From the NCBI GenBank assembly GCA_025201805.1, contig MU619291.1, positions 64,451 through 128,450 on the forward strand: DNA of 64,000 bases, written 5' to 3'. A program made the translations under genes and the position numbers. Shown here piece after piece: positions 38,371 through 51,924 of this stretch. The notes under the pieces were generated by a model. That model ran no database searches. It was not told where the DNA came from and saw only the letters and a program-made list of their open reading frames with translations. The DNA comes from Parasitella parasitica NRRL 2501. Lineage: Eukaryota; Fungi; Mucoromycota. Each line of letters opens with the position of its first letter. Position 1 is the first letter of the stretch.

Positions 38371-40842
38371 TCTATTGAAGTCAGTAAAGAGTTTATACAT
38401 AAAAATGGCTGGTCATGTATTGAGTTACAACCACAAATAAAGGCAAGCGCTTATCAAGTAGTATGTAAAAGAGAGCATAATCATTCATCATATATCTTGA
38501 TGAACTGACATTAGCATTTGCATTTGCATCAAGTAGTAATTTAAAAATGGATATCTTGCAAAAGAATGAGTCATAAAGGAGAGCCCCCATTAAATTAACA
38601 AGGAAAACAGAGAATGATTATTATGTTGATTAACATGTATAAGTTTCATCTATGCAGGACTTAATGTTTAGTCAGTAAGAAAGATTGGACATAGTACCTC
38701 ATGAAACTACAACTACCTTGAATATTTTTACCATAGCAGAGTAAACGTTAATAACCAACACATTTGGTGTCTAATGAGCTAATGATTATGTTTAGAAAAG
38801 CATAGTAAAGAACAAGATACTATCCTTTTAAAGTTCTCAGAGTCTTCGAATAGACGCATATTTGTTGTACCTCGATGGCCATGAATTTTATAGAAGGTGA
38901 AGACTCTCTGATTTGCAATGCTTTGTAAAAAGCAGCTCTGATATATTTATCGTAGCCTATCTAACAAAGAAAGAGACAAAAATAATAAAAATTTCGATGT
39001 GAACATTGCATATTGATGACTAGATTTGGCATCTCAATTTGTAAATAATAAATAAACAGTTATTTGATAAACTTGCCCTCTTGTCTGTTTTGACTCAATT
39101 GAAATTTGTTGTGGTTGATCGTATATATACACTTCTGGTATAACTTTGATGTAATATTTTTTTTATATTGAAAAGGTACCATAAAGGTTATTGTGCCAGC
39201 AAATATTGATTTCATATACAAGGTCTCATTCTGGTGTTTTTATTTGAGGCAAAGCAAGGGTAATCTAGATATACACTCACAAGATTTTGAAATAGTAAAA
39301 TCTTCTTGTATAATGCAACTTATGTGGAAACTTACTCAAAGGATGTATACGTTAATAAAATTGTAATTCTTTGGCAGTTTTATTTAACATCAACATTTTA
39401 AATAATAAATTTATACACGCATAATTTCGGCCATCCTTTTGATTCATGTGTCTCATTTGACGCTTTTCTGTCTAAAATTGTATGCATGTTGGATGTAGGA
39501 CATTTGACGTATGTACTCCGGAAATCACAAAATCTAGTAAGTTCTGTGCCCAAATTTACATAATACCATTCACCAGCTATTTGAATCAGAAGACTGTGTC
39601 GTTTAGCAACATACATGGGTGGTTTTCAATCAATTTATCTTGCAAACGATTTTTAAACATGATTATGTGTGAACGCTTGATTTGCTAACTTGAAACAGCT
39701 CGTTTTCTGAAGCTATATACTTTCATGCACGTTCGAGTTTAATCTGCAATAGAGCCAATACTACATACCACTTGCCTACATCAAATTTATGCTTCTGTTT
39801 CCGTAAAAACTATGAATCTTAAAATCGAGCAAATTTGTTTTCAAATTCTACTTCAACTACCACTAAAAAGATTGAACAAAGCTTCCGAGATACGAAACAT
39901 TAACACTCGTGCAGAACACTTGAAAATACACGAATAACAAGAATTCCTAATGCTTCACATATATAATTAGTAGCTCGAAATATGTGTAGAATGCAACGCG
40001 TAGTAATCGCTTCAAATGGGCAATGTTATTATTTTCATATTAACACATGCAATCAGGACTAAATTCTAGATGCCGATCTTCATTTTAACCCCATCTTTGT
40101 TCATTGATGAGCAGCTTTTAGTACTACACTCGTGAGAGTTAGGTTATTTTTGGAAAAAGAGGCATTTATTCTATACAGCTAGAGAAAACTATATGCTGCA
40201 TCATGTATAAATAACAAAAAGTTGAACACTTGTCGCAGTATATAAATAATCTAATCTTATCTACATGTTTGTGTTTTTAGACAATTTCGGCATCTATCCA
40301 TGGGGATAATGGATTCAAGGGGAAGAGTTTGGTTCCTGTTCCATGGACCATTACATAAATCGAGCGGGAAACCGGAGGTAAATCAGGAATTTTGTTACCC
40401 CACATTTTTAATTTGGATGAGGCTATTGGGCTACTGGGATATTTGTAATATTCTTAGTCAGTTCAACTGCATGGAGAAATGGGTAAACGCTCAATTTTTG
40501 ATTGTGGGTAAAAAAAAAAAAAAAAATTATTCGTTTTGTTACATTTACATTTGGATGTTTCCAATATAGTTGTCTAGCCCCTTTCCATTTGGCTGAAAAC
40601 TAGTTTTCGATAATTTCATATACTACTTGATTTCTATAATAATTATATGGAATAAATCTTTATTAAAGAAACCTAAATAGAAGCATGTCATGAATGACTT
40701 CCCAACATTTATTTTTTCGAAAATGAATTGAAATAAGGTTCAAGGGCAGAGCTACCATATCCCATATAGGATTTATTTTTCTCACGATCTAACCAATAAA
40801 AGTTGCGCCATTTGCGTTTTAGCCATCATAATAGGTAAAGAC

Positions 40843-40851
40843 CTGAGTCAT
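40843..40851 (+). promoter_or_regulatory. Candidate Gcn4/CpcA-type bZIP site upstream of GDH
   Basis: CTGAGTCAT about 165 bp upstream of the ATG, with CCAAT at ~40793 and TATATATA at ~40953. Confidence 0.4.
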
Positions 40852-41014
40852 AGAATATGGAACATGACAACAAAATAGAACGCTTGCAGGGGCTCGCTTC
40901 TTTAAGCTGTGCCCGTACATTATGCTACTAAACAAACTAAAAATAAAAATCGTATATATATAGCTGGGTAGTTTTCGTCTTTTTCTATTATTAAATTTTA
41001 AAATTCAACAAAAA

Positions 41015-44000
41015 ATGAAGGATAATACTACTATTCTAGATAATGAAAGCGGTTATACCGCTAATGTCTATGCTGAAAAGGACAAGCAAATGCTCGAAGT
41101 TAGAGATAACTTGGAGAAACTTGGTTTTCTCCCCAAGGAATTGGTCGAGAATGAGGTGACATGGTTTTACAAGTAAGGGTTACCATGACAACACCATGTT
41201 GATTTTGAATCCAGGTTACTAACATTGACTTTTATCCATAGTAACCTCAATATTGACGACTATTACTTTACTTTGGAAAGTGTTGATACTATCTCTAATC
41301 ATATCATGTCCTTGTACGGTGCCAAAATCTTGGCTTATACCAAGAATGAAAACGTCTTGGACATCAATTTGCAAAAAGAAACCGAAGATTCTGCTGTTTA
41401 TATCCATTCTTCTGAACCTGGTGTGTCTCAAATCTATGGTCCTCAACATGAAAGAGCTATTGATGACAAATTTTTGGACAAGTCTACTCCCTCTGAAGCC
41501 TACCGCGTTGAATCTTATCGTTCAAGCTCCAATGGAGACGGTGTAACTTCACAACTTCGTAGTTACTTTGTTACCAAGTGTGAATTTGGAAATGACTCTC
41601 CTACTCCTGAACAAGAAACTGACATCAAGCAAGTCGCTGATAAGAACTTCTTATTTAAGGCTACTGATTTTACTCTGAAACTCTATGAAGATGTCATGCA
41701 AAATGTGCTCCAACGTACCGGTCCTGTCATTGAAATGTGCGAAGTCAAAGGTTCTCGTGAGCGCCGTCTTATTATTGGTTATCGCCAAAGAAGCACCAAA
41801 GGTTTTTTTTCTGCTGTTAGTGATTTATACCATTACTATGATTTGTATACTACTCGTAAATATGTTGGTAAGTCATTGTGTTTAGACTGAGAAAATAAGA
41901 GTAGTGAACTTATTTCCATTCGAAAATAGAGCAATTCTCCAATGGTGTCACCATCATTGGTTTATACTTGCATCCCGTTCCTCAATCAAAGGCTGCTCCC
42001 ATCGAAAACTCTATTTACCAAGTTATGAAGGAAGCTTCTCTTTTATACTGTCTCCCAAAAACTCCTTTGCAAGAAGATTTCAAAGCCAGTAAACTCTCTG
42101 TTCAAGAAATGGTGTACGGCTACGTTGGTTGGATCTTTGCACAGCACTTTTTGAATCGTTTGGGTAAAGAGTATTTGAGTTTAACCTCTATTTTGGATCG
42201 TGCCAATCCTGTGCATGAAGAAGTTTTGAGCAAGTTGAAGAAGCGACTTCGTCAGGATACTTTCACTCGTGAATATATCCTTGATATCATGAAGAGATAC
42301 CCCGAACTGCTCAAAGTTTTGTACGCAAATTTTGCCACCACACATTACGTCAATCAACGCGAAGCTTCTTTGCAACCTACCATATCCTTCCAACGTTTAA
42401 CCAATATGGAAATACTGTCTGTTGATGATATTAGCAAGCGTATCAAGGCCGTTACTAGCAATGCGCATGAGCAATTGGTCTTTGAATCCTTCTTAACTTT
42501 CAACAAGCATGTCCTCAAGACCAATTTCTATCAAACTACGAAGGTAGCTCTTTCTTTCCGTATGGATCCTAGCTTCTTGCCCGAAATCGAGTACCCTACT
42601 ACTCCCTATGGTTTGTTCCTGGTTGTCGGTTCTGAATTCCGTGGCTTCCACATTCGTTTCAGTGATGTTGCTCGTGGTGGTATCCGTATGATTCGTTCTC
42701 GTAACAGAGAAGCTTATTCTATAAATTTGCGTACCCTGTTTGATGAAAATTATAACTTGGCCAACACGCAACATCGTAAGAATAAGGATATCCCTGAAGG
42801 TGGCTCGAAGGGTACTATTTTATTGGATGTGGATCAACAAGATAAGCCTTTGGTTGCATTCGAAAAGTATGTCGATGCCATGCTTGATTTATTGATCGCT
42901 GGTGAAACTATTGGCATCAAAGACAAGTTGGTCGATCTTACTAAAAAGCCGGAAATTCTCTTCTTTGGTCCTGATGAAGGTACTGCTGAATATATGGATT
43001 GGGCTTCTCAACATGCCCGTAGACGTGGCGCCAGTTTCTGGAAGGCTTTCACCACTGGTAAGAGCCAATGTCTTGGTGGTATTCCTCACGATTTATATGG
43101 TATGACCACTCGCTCTGTTCATCAATATGCTCTGGGCATTTATCGTAAGTTGAACTTGAAGGAAGAAGAGATCACCAAGGTTCAAACTGGTGGTCCTGAT
43201 GGTGATTTGGGTTCAAATGAAATCAAGATTTCCAAGGATAATACTATTGCTGTTGTCGATGGCTCTGGTGTTCTCTATGATCCCGTTGGTATAAATCGCG
43301 CTGAATTGAACCGTTTGGCTCAGAAGCGTGTCATGATCAACAACTTTGACACCACCAAGCTTTCTCCTCAAGGTTTCCGTGTGCTTGTTGATGAAGAAAA
43401 CGTCAACCTGCCTGATGGTTCTGTTGTCGAAAACGGCCTCAGCTTCCGTAATACTTTCCATACCAACAGCTTTGCTCGTTCTCTTATTCTCGTTCCTTGC
43501 GGTGGGCGCCCAGAGTCCATTGGTTTAGATAATGTTAACAAGGTGATTGAAAATGGCCTGTACAAATACATCGTTGAAGGTGCCAACTTGTTCATCACTC
43601 AAGAAGCCCGTCTTCGTCTTGAAAACGCGGGTGTCATCCTCTTCAAGGATGCTTCTGCGAATAAGGGTGGTGTTACCTCGTCTTCTTTGGAAGTTTTGGC
43701 TGCTCTCGCTTTCGATGATGCCGGTTTTGAAGAACACATGTGCATCAAGAATGGTGTTACCCCTGCTTTCTACGAGGCCTATGTCAAGGAAGTTCAAACC
43801 ATCATTGAGCGTAATGCTAATCTTGAGTTTGAAGGTCTTTGGGAAGCAAACCAGAAGACTCGCACCCCTATCTCTATTCTGTCTGATGAGTTATCAATTG
43901 CTATTGTCAAGTTATCTGAGCAGCTTCAAACTACTGGTCTCTGGGATAACGAGAGCTTGAGAAACACTGTGCTGAAACAAGCATTCCCTCAAAGTTTGTT

Positions 44001-44154
44001 GGAGAAGTTGGGTATGGAAACCTTAATGAAGAGAGTGCCTGAAAGTTATGTCAAGGCTATCTTTGGCGCTACTCTTGCTTCTCAATTCGTTTATAAGTAC
44101 GGTGCTCATCCTGATAACTTTGCCTTCTTTGAATTCATGCGTCAAAACTACTAG
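41015..44154 (+). CDS. GDH2: NAD-specific glutamate dehydrogenase, 3 exons
   Basis: FRGFHIRFSDVARGGIR, NKDIPEGGSKG, FFGPDEGTA, TGGPDGDLGSNE, EGANLF, KDASANKGGVTSSSLE. Confidence 0.97.
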
Positions 44155-44235
44155 ATATCTCTTTGCTTTCATCTACTATTTCACTTGTATTATAATATTC
44201 AATCGATCAATCAAATAAATTTATTCAAATAAATT

Positions 44236-46075
44236 TTATAGTTTATCCATAGATACTTGTACTTGATTCTTGATATCTTTCCAAGAAGCGGCGTTCTATC
44301 AATATGTTGGCCATGCATTTTCCTCCAAAAAAATAAATAAATTAATAAAACTTACCTGCTCACAATATACAAGATGTATTTTGGCAAATGCAATCAACAT
44401 TTGCCTTAGCTCAGTCTCCTTTTGTAGTTGCAGTCTGTCAAGGTCCTGCTGTATCTGAACAGACATGTCTTTTAGGTCCTGCCTGGAATTAATTCTCGCT
44501 TGATCCAACTAATAGATAATAATGGATTAACTGCTATTATGTCGAAACGTATACAGAACATACCAAATCAATAGCCTCCCTCAACTTGCTAATTTGATTC
44601 CGTCTTGTTTGCCCTGGGTCTGCGTCCATCATACCCTGGATTGTATCACTTACAGCCGAGAACAATTTCCTTGGAGAAGACCATCTTTTGGTCTGGTTTT
44701 TCGAAGCGCGCAGCACAGATGCGCTTGCATTAATTGGGTAATTGATAGTTGAATTATTTTGCTCAGAATCATCCACCTTAATAATAGCTGAAAATCCATC
44801 CTCAATAGATTCGGTATCTATATTATCATCTTGCTGATCAAACTGATTAGTGCTATGGTCAATGTTGGGTGCTTTTATTGGGTGTTGTACAGTGTTCTCT
44901 TGCTTCAGATCCAATTTTGATGATTCGTCTTCAGTTTTAGCGAGGTTGCGCAGCTGGATTTTCTTGTGGTCAATGGCTTCCTCTATCAACTCTAGTTGCG
45001 CTTCCTTCATACGTCTATAGCGTAGCACTTGTTTAGCTATATATACATACTGAGTATATTCCTGCACATGTTCCGCAAACTCCATTTCAAGTGATTGAAC
45101 CATTGTCCTCGTTGAATGGCTAGTCCCATCAACCGTTTGTCCCATCCTTTCGAGGGAGGTTGCGAGCGTCCCTGTCTCGTTTAGACTGAGCGCATTATAA
45201 GCTGATCCCAACTCGGCATAGTCATCTGACAAGTCTATTTTACTAATTGTTTTAGCATATACGCCCATATTACGTAGTTTTTTAGTCTTGTAAAACTTAC
45301 CCCCAAGACGTCCAAGTATGCGTTTTTGTGATTTCTCAAACTGAAAGGTATATTGCTGAGCTTTCTTATCTACTTTCTGCTCAGACTCTTCGAAATCTTT
45401 ATCAGGGTACTTGAGTGTGTATGATGAGGAGGGTATTGGTATAATGCTGGTAGATGTAGGCAGATTACTGGTAATGGACGTTTTGAAGCTACTGCTTTCA
45501 CTGGCTGACAGTAATGGATCTTTTGGCAAGTCGGATAAGGGACTTGACTGGCGAATTTCAGTCCAAGTTGTGTCTCCATCGAGGAAACGATGAAAGATAT
45601 GCTCTTTCATCAAGATTGGATGCTTCGCCAATCTTTGGAGAAACCTTTGGAGCATTCGTTTTCTCTTTTCTATAGTAGCATAGTCATCCTTTGTATTGGC
45701 GTAATTTACTGCGCAAAAGCAGTTACAGGTGAATGTCAAATCGTTGAACCCAAAACTCACAACCTACCAAGCGAATGTTTTTCTGGTATAGGTGGTATAA
45801 GCAATGCTGGATATAGCTTAACAAGAGATCTTCGAAATGATTCAAATTCGCTATATCTTCTCTTTGCTCGTTTGTTCTATACAGGTATTCTCAATAAGTA
45901 TATGCATCCTCAACTCGAATTTTTCCCAGGCAAATAGTATTGTTACCTCTGCTATTTCAATGGTGTAAACAACAAATGTATTTTTGTTTCCTTCTATTTG
46001 CTTGTTTTCAGCTTCTATTATCTTGATTTTATTGGCTAAATTTATTAAACATTGGCAAGGTGTAGGTGTATACAT
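44236..46075 (-). CDS. PX-BAR sorting nexin (Snx41/Atg20/Snx4 group), multi-exon
   Basis: [49 protein letters not shown], helical BAR C-terminus. Confidence 0.9.
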
Positions 46076-47946
46076 ATTAAATGTGGAAAAGGGAAAGGGA
46101 AAGAAAAAAGAAAAGGAAAAAAGAAAGGATAGGGTCACTCATACAAACAAGCTTTGTAGTATTTATGCAGTAGTACGGTACTTGGGCTGCTGCCAATAAG
46201 AAGCTTGCTTTTAGTTTGTTTGATCCGGGAATAATTACCATCAAGTGTTTGACCAGAATCAATAATCAACCATTACGCATCTAGAATTCTTAATGACCAA
46301 GGTTCACGAAAGACTCAAATTTTATTACAATTGTACTGTAATATTTGAAACTATTTTATATCTCTTGGAGCGTATCATATGTACAAAAGATTTTTCAATT
46401 GTAGGCAAGCTAGCTTCTCCCCACCTTTTTCGTATTATGATCTGTATCATTACGTAGAACATTGTGCAAAAGCATCAGTGCGTGGATGTATATAGCAACA
46501 CCCAATGATGCGCTAATTAAATATAACGATTGAAGCAAGGTTCCATAGCCCAAATATATAGCAAAGCAGAAATTGAAAAGGTATCCCATATCAGTGTACA
46601 TGACAGCTACAGCCTACAGGCGACTTTTCGCTATGATCTGATTGTGTCTAAACAACAACTTTGTTTATTTGGGCCAGTTCATAAATTTACTCGGCAGAAT
46701 TGCAGGTGGCTTCATTCATTCTATTGCACATAAGGAATTTCAAAAGTGAGCTTGGCTACTTTATATAATTTTCAATCGTACTTGTCCAGCATATCCGGAT
46801 CTGTAATATAAAAAGTATTTCACAATTAGTAACAGTATATGTATCATATAGCTCATACAATTAAATATGATGTATAGTCCCACACTGCTAAACATACGGT
46901 ATAGATTGCCAAGTTAAATGCCATGCTCTTATGTTATTTATCAAAATCGATCATATACTTTTATTCTCCATGACGAATAAAATGATAATTTTTATCGACT
47001 TGTATGTGTCTATTCATCACAACAACACAGATGATCTTGCTAAAATGAAATTTATCAAAACAAGATTAGAGAATTGTAAAACTGATAGCTAAATATGCAG
47101 CGTAACTTAACATGAAAAGCCATTTTTACGTAGTTTCATGTTTGGTTAGAATGGATGCCACTTGATCATGACCATTAGCTTTTCCCCCGCTTGCAGGCTT
47201 AATTTGCAATCTCTAATGTCTTTTCACCATTCTACAACATATTCGAGTCTCAAGTACCTCTGACCATTTTTCAGATTTTGCTGTGTTTGGACCCCAAACC
47301 TCATATTCGATTTTCAATTTGAGGTTCAAACTGAGAATACAGGCTAATACCATAATATAACTGTACCTCAATACGTCTTCCGATTCTACACGCCTTTGCT
47401 TCAAAATACTTGAAGAAATAGCCTATACAGTAATAAAAAGGTATGTATCAGATGAGGTTGAATCCAGTATGCCTGATCTTGGATAGTTGGCGGTGTTTTT
47501 AGCAGAAGTCATAGATTGATGAGCTTGAGCAGCTTCACGAAGTGGTGCAAGGTTAGCTCGCGAACTGTGAAATAAGCAAACAGTATTACTATAATTTTAA
47601 ACAGCAAACATGCTAGTTAAATCAGCTCCAAATAAAAAAGCCAACGTTTTCATGTGAAAAAAGTTTTAAGGTGAATGTGGAGAATTGAGCTATTGCAGAA
47701 AAACATTACCCACTTCTTATTTATTCTGAAAAGCATATAACTTGTTAATATGCATAACTTTTCTATCACATGTTCTCGGGTTGATAACGCCAAATTTTCA
47801 TTGCTCTCACCCTATGCTGTAACATTTTAGTTCCATATACAAACATTCTCAGGTTTAGTATAGATTAAACCGAGTGTTTATGACAAAAATCAACACGAAA
47901 ACACTTATTTATTTATGCAACATTATCGTGTAATTATAGCAACACT

Positions 47947-49359
47947 TTAATCAAGAGTGACTCTTGCAGGTAATAAGATAACCTGTTCTTCATCTACAAA
48001 TAATGGACTAATGACCATTTTAACGTGTTTGCCTTCAGTTGTAGTATTCGGACCAACCAGAGCCATGACCCGTTCATCATAGCTACACCCGACAGCAATG
48101 GACTGAATAGTAACATCGGCATCTCCTCCGTGAATTTCAAGAGACAAAGCTGCAGACATTTCCAAGATATCTTCCCAAATATGCATGTGATCTAGTGATC
48201 GGCCAGAAGCTTTAGACATTGTACTCAATAATCTGCTCATCTCTTCAGTTAATCCATTTCGCATGTCTGCCAGGTATTCTTTTGTGGCAGGGTTGAGTGA
48301 TAACGACTGCACAGTCTGTCTTCTATACCACTTTGCAAAGTAGGCACCTAATGTACTGTGAAACCGACGAATTTGGTCTGAATAAGCTGTGTTCAGTAAG
48401 CGCTGATTCTCTGTACCAAATGGAAGTGAATTTAAATAGGACTGTATGATTTGAAGAAACAGAGCCTGCTCAAGTTGTAATCGATATTCTTCATCGACAG
48501 TAGATTGCACAAATCTGGTTAGCGTTTCTGCCAGTTTAGCCAATTTCTGGGTCAAGGTGCGGGCATTGACAATTGGTTGCACTGGATTTGATAAAGGAGA
48601 TGCAGCAGCAAAGTAATTGGGATCCTTTTTCGATTTTTGATTTGCTGGATCTTTGATTTGAGACAGATTCATCGCTTTGCCAAATAACTCGTCATCGCAA
48701 CCAGTCAAGTTTCTTAAATTGCTGATCATTTCTTCTTGATGCTTCTGTGCAAGCTGTGCATTACGCAACTGAGATTGCAATATTTCATTTTCTTCCATCA
48801 GTTCAGCGTAAGATTTATTCACAGTTGCAAAGCTAGGCTGTGGTTGCGGTGGAGCCATGATCTGATCATCCACTATACGATCCTCATCATCACTCGCAAC
48901 GCTATTTTCAAAATCTCCTCTGGCAGAACGAGCTCCATCATCGCCAAACTCTGCAGCATTGGACCGCGAACGCTTGTCGTCATCTTCCTCGTTTCCTTGT
49001 AACAAATGTGTCTTTTCGACCAAGTCACGCTCTGAAAGACGAATATCGTGCAAATGGTCTCGAATAGAAGCTTCCCCATCCAAGGTAGAGCGATCGTCAT
49101 CTGTTTCTCTGTCCATTGTCATACGACTGCTGCTAATAACAGAAGGTGGCCCTCCGCCAAGAGCACTAATCACAGATTCTTGGTCATCAATAGTTGCTGC
49201 TACACTCCAGGTATCTGTATCACGGAGACGACTGGTATCCAAAGTATCCAACAAGTCAGTTTTGCGAAGATACGAATGTCTTGCACTAGGTCCTTCTATA
49301 AAGCTCCTTTGAAAAAAAGAGTCTTTATCACTACCTTCATACGAAGAAACCGAACTCAT
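47947..49359 (-). CDS. Hypothetical protein (acidic disordered N-terminus, coiled coil, helical C-domain)
   Basis: Uninterrupted ~470-codon ORF with ATG in an AAAATG context. Confidence 0.8.
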   Translation of the reverse strand: MSSVSSYEGSDKDSFFQRSFIEGPSARHSYLRKTDLLDTLDTSRLRDTDTWSVAATIDDQESVISALGGGPPSVISSSRMTMDRETDDDRSTLDGEASIRDHLHDIRLSERDLVEKTHLLQGNEEDDDKRSRSNAAEFGDDGARSARGDFENSVASDDEDRIVDDQIMAPPQPQPSFATVNKSYAELMEENEILQSQLRNAQLAQKHQEEMISNLRNLTGCDDELFGKAMNLSQIKDPANQKSKKDPNYFAAASPLSNPVQPIVNARTLTQKLAKLAETLTRFVQSTVDEEYRLQLEQALFLQIIQSYLNSLPFGTENQRLLNTAYSDQIRRFHSTLGAYFAKWYRRQTVQSLSLNPATKEYLADMRNGLTEEMSRLLSTMSKASGRSLDHMHIWEDILEMSAALSLEIHGGDADVTIQSIAVGCSYDERVMALVGPNTTTEGKHVKMVISPLFVDEEQVILLPARVTLD

Positions 49360-49888
49360 TTTTTTTAATCTTTGCAATAGAATAAAGAAGAAAGGGAAAA
49401 AAACGGAGCCAAAAAAAAGAGCTTTCTTAAATAGGGGATCTCGATGTGTGCGTAGCGAAATGTAGCTAGTGACCTAGGAAGGCGTCTTTGTATTCCTTCC
49501 CATCTACGAATACAAGGAACATAGCGTAGTCAATTCAAGGTCAATAGCTCTAAAATGTTGTATGCCCATTCAGATACAAGAGTATTGTCTGGAGAAGTGT
49601 ATTGGTGTGAATATGAATCCGGTGTTTAAACCACTGATTTCCATGGCAAAATGTTTGAGAATCAGTGCAGCGCAAGACTATTTCTGGATGGATACGAGCT
49701 CAAGCTTCTAAAAGTCCATTTCAATCTATGCCAATTACAAATATTAGACTATTTCGTTATTTAACATCCATCAACAAAAGGCAATTTTAAAAGAAAGTAC
49801 AATGAATATCACATTTGAGCCATCTCGAGTTTTCGACTCCGTTTCCTGCATTACACTACGGTTAAAGAAGAATTTTATTAATTAAATT

Positions 49889-50172
49889 AAGAACACAGCA
49901 AAATAAACACAATCCAGCGAGGAATAGAGTGTATAAATGCTTTGTTTGGTTTTGTAATTCCCATTCAAGTTTCGAATTTTTGAGAAGTCGGCGTTAAACC
50001 AAGTATATCTCATTTTGAAAAACTAATTAAAAATATATAGAAGCTTTAGAAAGCTATAAAAAAATATGTGCGTATGCAACAAAGCGTGAAATAAATGGTC
50101 ATGTATTTTGATTTGAATTAAGAGCTCTTTCAACAGAGTAAATCATGTTGAAAGTCGGGTGAAATAGCTTGA
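49889..50172 (+). repeat. Dispersed ~285-bp repeat, copy 2
   Basis: Near-identical to 5092-5376. Confidence 0.9.
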
Positions 50173-50242
50173 ATCAACCAAATTAGGATATTCAAAATCC
50201 AAAAAAGGCGATTTTTTAAGCTGTACACTCCGTTCTAATTAA

Positions 50243-50905
50243 TTAACAAGTTGGGATTACCCCGATCCTGACCCTTTCATAATAAATTTCTCCACAGAAA
50301 TTGAAGATAACATGTTAAAAACTCTTTTTAATATTGAAATGGGTGTTCTTGTCAGCGATCTAATTAATTTTGTTTGAAAAAAGTGAAAATTGAGCTATCA
50401 GGGATTGATTTTCCGGAGGCTGTTTTGCCCGATTTTAATCAGCCCAAATGGGCCGACTTTTCGATTATATATAATTTGTATAGTGTATAACAATTTATTA
50501 AAAAAAAATTTATAGAAATGTACTTAAGCTAGTGTAGAATTATTCAAGAGCTGTTGGCGAGATCAAACTTCTTGTATATGTCTGTCATGACAAGGTTTGC
50601 GGCCGTTGCCATGGTTCATTGATAAATGCTGGTGATTTCCATCACTTCGCAATACCCTTCGATCATTGTAATCACTTCCAGAGGAGAAACCAAAGTTCAG
50701 AGCCTCACAATACTTCAAGAAAGCATAGGCCATGTTATCCTTGAATTGAGAATGATCAATTGTTCTTCCCTCATAAGAGAACACGCGGAAAGAGCTGTAA
50801 GCATTTGCCTCACAAATACCCAAGAAGAAACCAAAGAAGCGCATTTCCCATCTTTCCGTTTTGATGATATCGTGGTATGAGATCTTGTTGTCTCTCAAGT
50901 TGTTA
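50243..50905 (-). mobile_element. piggyBac-like transposase 3' fragment and probable terminus
   Basis: NNLRDNKISYHDIIKTERWEMRFFGFFLGICEANAY..HSQFKDNMAYAFL resembles the PGBD C-terminal core; TTAA-CAAGTT at ~50243 as a tentative end. Confidence 0.6.
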
Positions 50906-51570
50906 GGTGTGAAACACAGTTTACTTCAAGCAAGTACTTGGATTTAAATAAATCTGACTACAGCAACAGTACAATGAAGTACAACGCCGCTCTTGGTTAC
51001 TTCAAAATGTTTAACAATATGGAAATCATAATTGTTGAAGCTTCGAGGTAATAATCACGGATACGACTTTCAAATGCTGATTCCTTTTTTGAATAGTGGG
51101 AAACTCCAAGAGAACACAGTACATACGATTGAAGATTGTCTCAAGTTGCTGGAGTGTGGCATTTCCTCTCTGAGGAAAGAGGCAATCTTAAATAAAAATT
51201 CTTCAATAGCTACGTTTAAAAAGCTCAAGGTTTTTGGCTTGCAAACCAATAAAAATCAAGTAACGTTGTCCGAGTCATCTATGAATAATGTTACAAGCTG
51301 GAACTTTATAGAAAAACGAACAGCAACACTGCCATCTTCCTGGGATGACCGCATCTTACTTATTCAATATCTTGAACTGATGGCCATTATCTTCGTACGT
51401 TTAAATCCCACCCCACCCTAGACCATTTCATTCTCTGATTTTGCTTTTTTTTTTTTTACATGTAGGATGATATTTGCGATACCCATCACTTGTAGAAGCT
51501 ATTGATGGAAGAAAACTTGGGGCTAGCTTCGAATAATGAACCCACATTAAGAACTATATGTGAGGAGTAA
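50906..51570 (+). pseudogene. 5'-truncated spliced gene of a PD-(D/E)xK-like multicopy family
   Basis: KYNAALG..EIIIVEAS/SGKLQENTVHTIEDCLKLL..LKVFGLQT..VTL, with GT-AG introns. Confidence 0.5.
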
Positions 51571-51924
51571 ACATATGTTAAAGGAGATTGCAGGATATGT
51601 AGTTTATGATGTAAGTTAGTATTCAATAAAAAAAGCTGTTTTACTGTACAGGTTAGAATGTAATCTTTAGTAGCTGTCTGAATCCAAGTGAATGAATGAG
51701 CTCAATACTTATAAAGAAGTCTGGAATCTTGTCATCAATTTCATTGATTCGAAGCTGCATACTTTATCACATTGTTCTTAATAGTTTAATTGAACAATCT
51801 TGCGTTAAACTAAATATTTTGTTTGTGGAGCCATATATCGCAAAAAATAAATAAAAAAGAAAGCTTTAATAAAAATGAAGGTATACTATTATATATTATG
51901 AAAAAAAAAGGACTACACGATGTC

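Noticed and set aside
38600-40300. Hidden gene or ncRNA in the long AT-rich interval
   Set aside because: No tRNA/snRNA hallmarks or supportable ORF; at most faint Tc1-like debris
46300-47900. Short ORFs between the sorting nexin and the hypothetical gene
   Set aside because: Non-ATG starts, internal stops and no recognisable family
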